Positions 59,646 to 64,000 of a DNA stretch of 64,000 nt are shown piece by piece (position 1 is the first letter of the stretch; each line of letters begins with the position of its first letter). This DNA is from Sphyrna mokarran. Its lineage: Eukaryota. The translations under genes were made by a program, and so were the position numbers. The DNA lies in contig JAGIQG010000040.1 in the NCBI GenBank assembly GCA_024679065.1, forward strand, positions 10,478,001 through 10,542,000, read 5' to 3'. Below the pieces are notes generated by a model, which ran no database searches, was not told the origin of the DNA, and was given only the letters and a program-made list of their open reading frames with translations.

Positions 59646-62600
59646 CAAGCCTGAATCTTTTCAGAGACTTTCCCAGCGACTGAAGCTGCAGGAGATTTCT
59701 GCAGAAGGCAGTTCCAAAGGCACGCAGGCATCTGAAAGAAGAAACAATTCTTTACTTCTCTCTCTTTCCAATCTGTCCCGGAAAGTTAAACATTCCGTTA
59801 GCTTCCACTCTAACACCGCTGCTCCCATCACCCCTTCGACTCCCCCCCCGGCCCTCCAAAGGATCAGATATGTTTCAAAAATCATCACTCAATCTTCTGT
59901 ACTCCAATGGATTCTATCCGATCTTTGCTCGTATAACCCCGTCCCAAGTCCCCAATCAGGTTGAGCGGAAACACTTTCTTACCTGCCTTAAGAAAGAAAA
60001 TCTGCGGTCTTTCCACAGTCTGGCCTTCATGTGACTCCCTGATACACAGCATTTTTATTCCTTCATGGAACATGGACGTTTATTGTCCATCTCCAGTTGC
60101 TCTTAGAGGGCAGCTTACAGTCAACCACATTGATGTGGCTCCAGATTCACGTGTTGGCCAAACCAGGGAAGCACGGCAGGTTTCCTTCCCTAAAGGACAC
60201 AGTGACCCAGATGTTTTTTTTTCTCTGACAATTGACAAAGATTTCACTCTCATCAGTAGATTCGACGTTTCAGATATTTTTATTGAATTGGGTTTCAACC
60301 AGGGGAACCCAGAAGATTGGCTGAGTTTATGAATTGATACTCTAGTGATAATATCACCACACCGTTCCCTTCCCTGTTTGACGGTAAACTATCATCTGAG
60401 ATGCTCATTAGCAAACTACACTGTTCAAATGCAATTAGCAAGAGCCAAAACAAAACCAGAAAATGCAGGAAAAGTTCTGCAGCTCGAACGTCATTTGTGA
60501 AGAGAGCATAGTGTTAACTTTCAAGTCCAGATGGCCCTGACGAATTCTCATCCGGACTCTAAACATTGGTTCTATTCTCTCTCCGCAGATACTGTCAGAC
60601 CCACTGAGATGTTCCAAAACGTTCTGGTTTTGTTTTGTATTAAGGATTCCGCCATAATTTGCATTTCAGGCTAGCAACAATTTTTGGCCCTGCGAACATC
60701 AATCCTCGACAAATGAATGAAAATTATTGAGAAAGAATCTAAGAATTAACAAGTTCCCGTTTAGCCGGTTATTTAGGGAACAACCATTAATGAATCAAAT
60801 GAAAGTGTTACACTCCAGTCAATCCTGATACTCATCCAATTTATATATTCAGAAACGAGGCAAATTGGCCTAACGAGCACTATTGCTATCTCAATGAGCT
60901 AACAAAAAAATGTATTTGCTGTTGGGACATGTCCCTCTGCATGTTATATTTTCCAATTTGTAATCATTCTCGTTTGAAAGTCACCGCAGAAAATGTTTAC
61001 TCTGGTCTTTGAGACAATGAATCATCGAGCCTAACAGTTGGCAATGTAAACCCAACTTGCTCATTATCGATTTCAGGAACAGTTTTTGTTACGTCTGTTA
61101 CACGTGCACCTTACTAAGCCGCTACGAAATTTTGATATGTATACAGTAACATACAGGCTACTGAGAAATAACAGTTTGCAACTTGGCCTCTTTCTCCCTG
61201 CTCTGCCAGTAAACAAGATTACAGCTGATCTTGTTATAAGCTTCTGCCAACATGAGCACATTTCACCCTTCTTGTTTACTAAGAATCCAGTTCCCTCTGC
61301 CTTTAGAAATATTGAAAGTCTGCTTCCACTGCCTTCTGAGGGAGGGACTTCCAGGGACATATGACCCTCTGAGAGGAAAATCTTCCCATGCTTCTCTCTC
61401 CCAAATGTGCCACCCCCTTTTTTTCTAAAGACTGTCCTTGGGGCTTCACTGGAGCATTGGAGCAGACTAAGGAGGGACTCGTAGGCAGGGAGAGCGAGGA
61501 TGAAAACAGGCTGAGTTGGAATTCTAAAAAATGAGCCCCACATTTCTTTTCAGGGAAGAAACCAGCACAGGCCAAAGTGCAGCATTTCAGACAAAAACAG
61601 GAAACGCTGCCTGCATTAAACCAGCCAGTAACTGTGCAAGTGAGAAACCGAGTTCAGGTTTCAGATTAACGTATTTGCATGAGGGTTGGAAGATGTAAGA
61701 GATGAACAGTTTATTTTTAATTTTTCTACACCATATGGTTGCTGCAGCCTCTCGCCTCTTGTGTAACTGGATGTTTCAGAAGATAGGCAAATGTTGGTCA
61801 CATTTCTCGAGGTCTTGTCTCACACACAATCCAGGTTGTAGGCAGATTTCCTTTCTGAAAGAACAGAAAAACTGGAAGCAGGAATAGGCCTGATGCCTTT
61901 CAATAAAAACATAGCTGATCTTTTTATAGATTCAACTCCACTTACTCTCCTGCTTACCATAACCCTGAATACCTTTACTGCTCAAAAATCCATCTTTACC
62001 TTAAAACTGTTTAACGATGTAGCCACAGCTATTTCACTGGGCAGGAATTTACACAGAGTCACAGCCATTTAGGTGATGAGGTTCCTCCTCAACACAATCC
62101 AAAAGACTTATTTTGAAGTCTTGTCCCTTAGTTCTAATTTCATCTGCCAGTGGAAACAGCATCCTTGCTTCTCTCCTATTTATTCCCTTGTTTATATAAG
62201 ACCACCCTCACCCCAATTTTCTTCCAAACCCCAATGAGTATTGGTGCAGAACTGGTGCACAGAAAGTGCTATTGCAACAATAGATGACAATTTTCTTAAG
62301 GTATCTAATATTCAGCCGAATTTTCAATTCTACATTTTTATTAATTAAATTTAAGTTACATTTGTCACCGTTGGTGGGATTTGAATTCGTGGGCCCAGAG
62401 CGTTAGACAATACTTTCTCAAGACACAGCCATTACCACGATAAAATCATAAGGTCAGCAGATACCTGGGAACATCATCAAAAGGAGATTCACTCTCCAAG
62501 TCACTCACCATCCTGACTTGAAAATATAGCGGCCGTTCCTTCGGTACTATTGGGTCCTAATCCCGGAATTGTCGGAATTTTATATCTTTCAATAAGACCT

Positions 62601-62734
62601 CCTATTCTTCCGAATTTCATTGAATGCACGTCTCAATCTCTCTTCAAAAGACATGTATCAGTCTGGTGAACTATTGGTGCACCCCATCTATCCCAAGCAT
62701 ATTCTTTCTCACCTTCCTGTGTATACCTGGATTG

Positions 62735-63028
62735 ACGGCGCACTGACATATTGGTTAGAACTATTGTATCATAGCATCAGGAACCCAGGTTCGATTCCAG
62801 GCTTCGGTCGTTGTCCGTGCGGAGTCCGCATGTTGTCCCCGTAGGTTTTCTTTGAGTGTTCTGGTTTCCTCCCACAGTTTGAAAGATGTACTGGTTGGGA
62901 ACATTGGCAATGCTAAATTCTACACCAATGTACTTGAACAGGTGCCAGATTGTGACCAATAGAGGATTATCACAGTGACATTATTGCGGTATTAATGTAA
63001 GCCTGCCTATGACACAAATAAATAAACT
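62735..63028 (+). mobile_element. HE1-like SINE
   Basis: ccaggttcgattccagg B box, ggtttcctcccacag core, aaataaataaac tail. Confidence 0.8.
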
Positions 63029-63631
63029 TAAAAGAGATTTTTGAATTCAAAAATTCAAATTGCATTCGGTGCACTGAGGGTGCTATGTGGGGAAATGAAT
63101 CGAACCCGTATGCCCATAATATTAGTTTGGGACAGTTCAGTGACATGGTCACTGTCCTACCATCTCTACCTTCCAAATATGCTATTCAGTTTTGAATGAA
63201 TGATTGAACAACCTATATGAATGCATGAACATTTCTGTTTCAGTGTCCAGATGTGCCCTACGTCCGCCCCCTGCTGACTATCCTTTGCACAGCGGGAGCA
63301 GGCGGATGTCACGATTCTCTCCGTTTTTTTCTGCCTCTGGATGATCAGAAATGCAGAAATTAATACAACTCAAACATTCAGCTGCAGACAGCCAGAACCA
63401 AAATTACAGCTACAGAGTCCAAAAGCAGAGCTCCAAAGGCATATATTGGGCTGTTTCGATAGTTTCAGGACATGGAAATTAATCTGTGCTCATGTATGCT
63501 GTATATTTGAACTCATGGCTCAGCGCTGAAAGAGTTAATGGAAAAGTGAACATGCGCGAGGCAAGAGCTACTATAAATGTTTCAGTGCAAGTAAGAGCAG
63601 AAGCTTTGCAGCCATGGAGTATAGTGAGCAA

Positions 63632-63985
63632 TCTCTCTCTCTCTCTGTCTCTCACACACACACACATACACACATTCTCTCTCTCACGCACACATAATTT
63701 CACACACGCATTCAAACAAACACGCACACAGAAAAATGCACACTCAACCATGCACACACACTCAGACAACAACGCAAACTCTCTTAGACAAAAGCTGACA
63801 CACACACACACACAGATACGCACACATTCTCAGACAACACATATATAAAGAGAGTCAAACAATAAACACGGATACACAGAGCAGACACTAATGCTGAGAC
63901 AAACTCAGACACACATACACAAACACACTGCCTGTCAGCTAAATACACACACTCAGATTAAGAAACAGGCACAGACACACACAAG
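63632..63985. repeat. (CT)n followed by degenerate (CA)-rich simple repeat
   Basis: Direct inspection. Confidence 0.85.
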
Positions 63986-64000
63986 CAGAGCTTCCGAAAT

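Overview
Eukaryotic, repeat-rich DNA from a cartilaginous fish (shark). This is inferred from a NAR-type V segment, HE1-like SINEs and CR1 LINEs. There are two assembly gaps (5620-5748 and 26201-26300). The left part (1-26.2 kb) holds eight tRNA genes or pseudogenes, some inside two inverted duplications. These include intron-bearing tRNA-Pro genes. It also holds one intact two-exon GPR139/GPR142-like GPCR on the minus strand and the first exon of a paralogue. The right part (33.1-57.0 kb, + strand) is a complete, compact rearranging antigen-receptor unit. Its order is: leader, NAR-type V (23-RSS), D (12/12-RSS), J (23-RSS), leaderless supporting TCR-delta-type V (23-RSS), J (12-RSS), J (12-RSS), TCR-delta-like C domain, connecting peptide, TM, 3' UTR exon. 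All splice phases are compatible. This is a NAR-TCR-type double-V chain. Unusually, it appears as a stand-alone cluster with its own J and C segments and no recognisable D for the supporting V, an architecture resembling monotreme TCR-mu. The rest is CR1 LINEs (one near full length between the two delta-type J segments), SINEs, Penelope-like remnants, a solo LTR and microsatellites. All calls were made by eye; no database searches were run.
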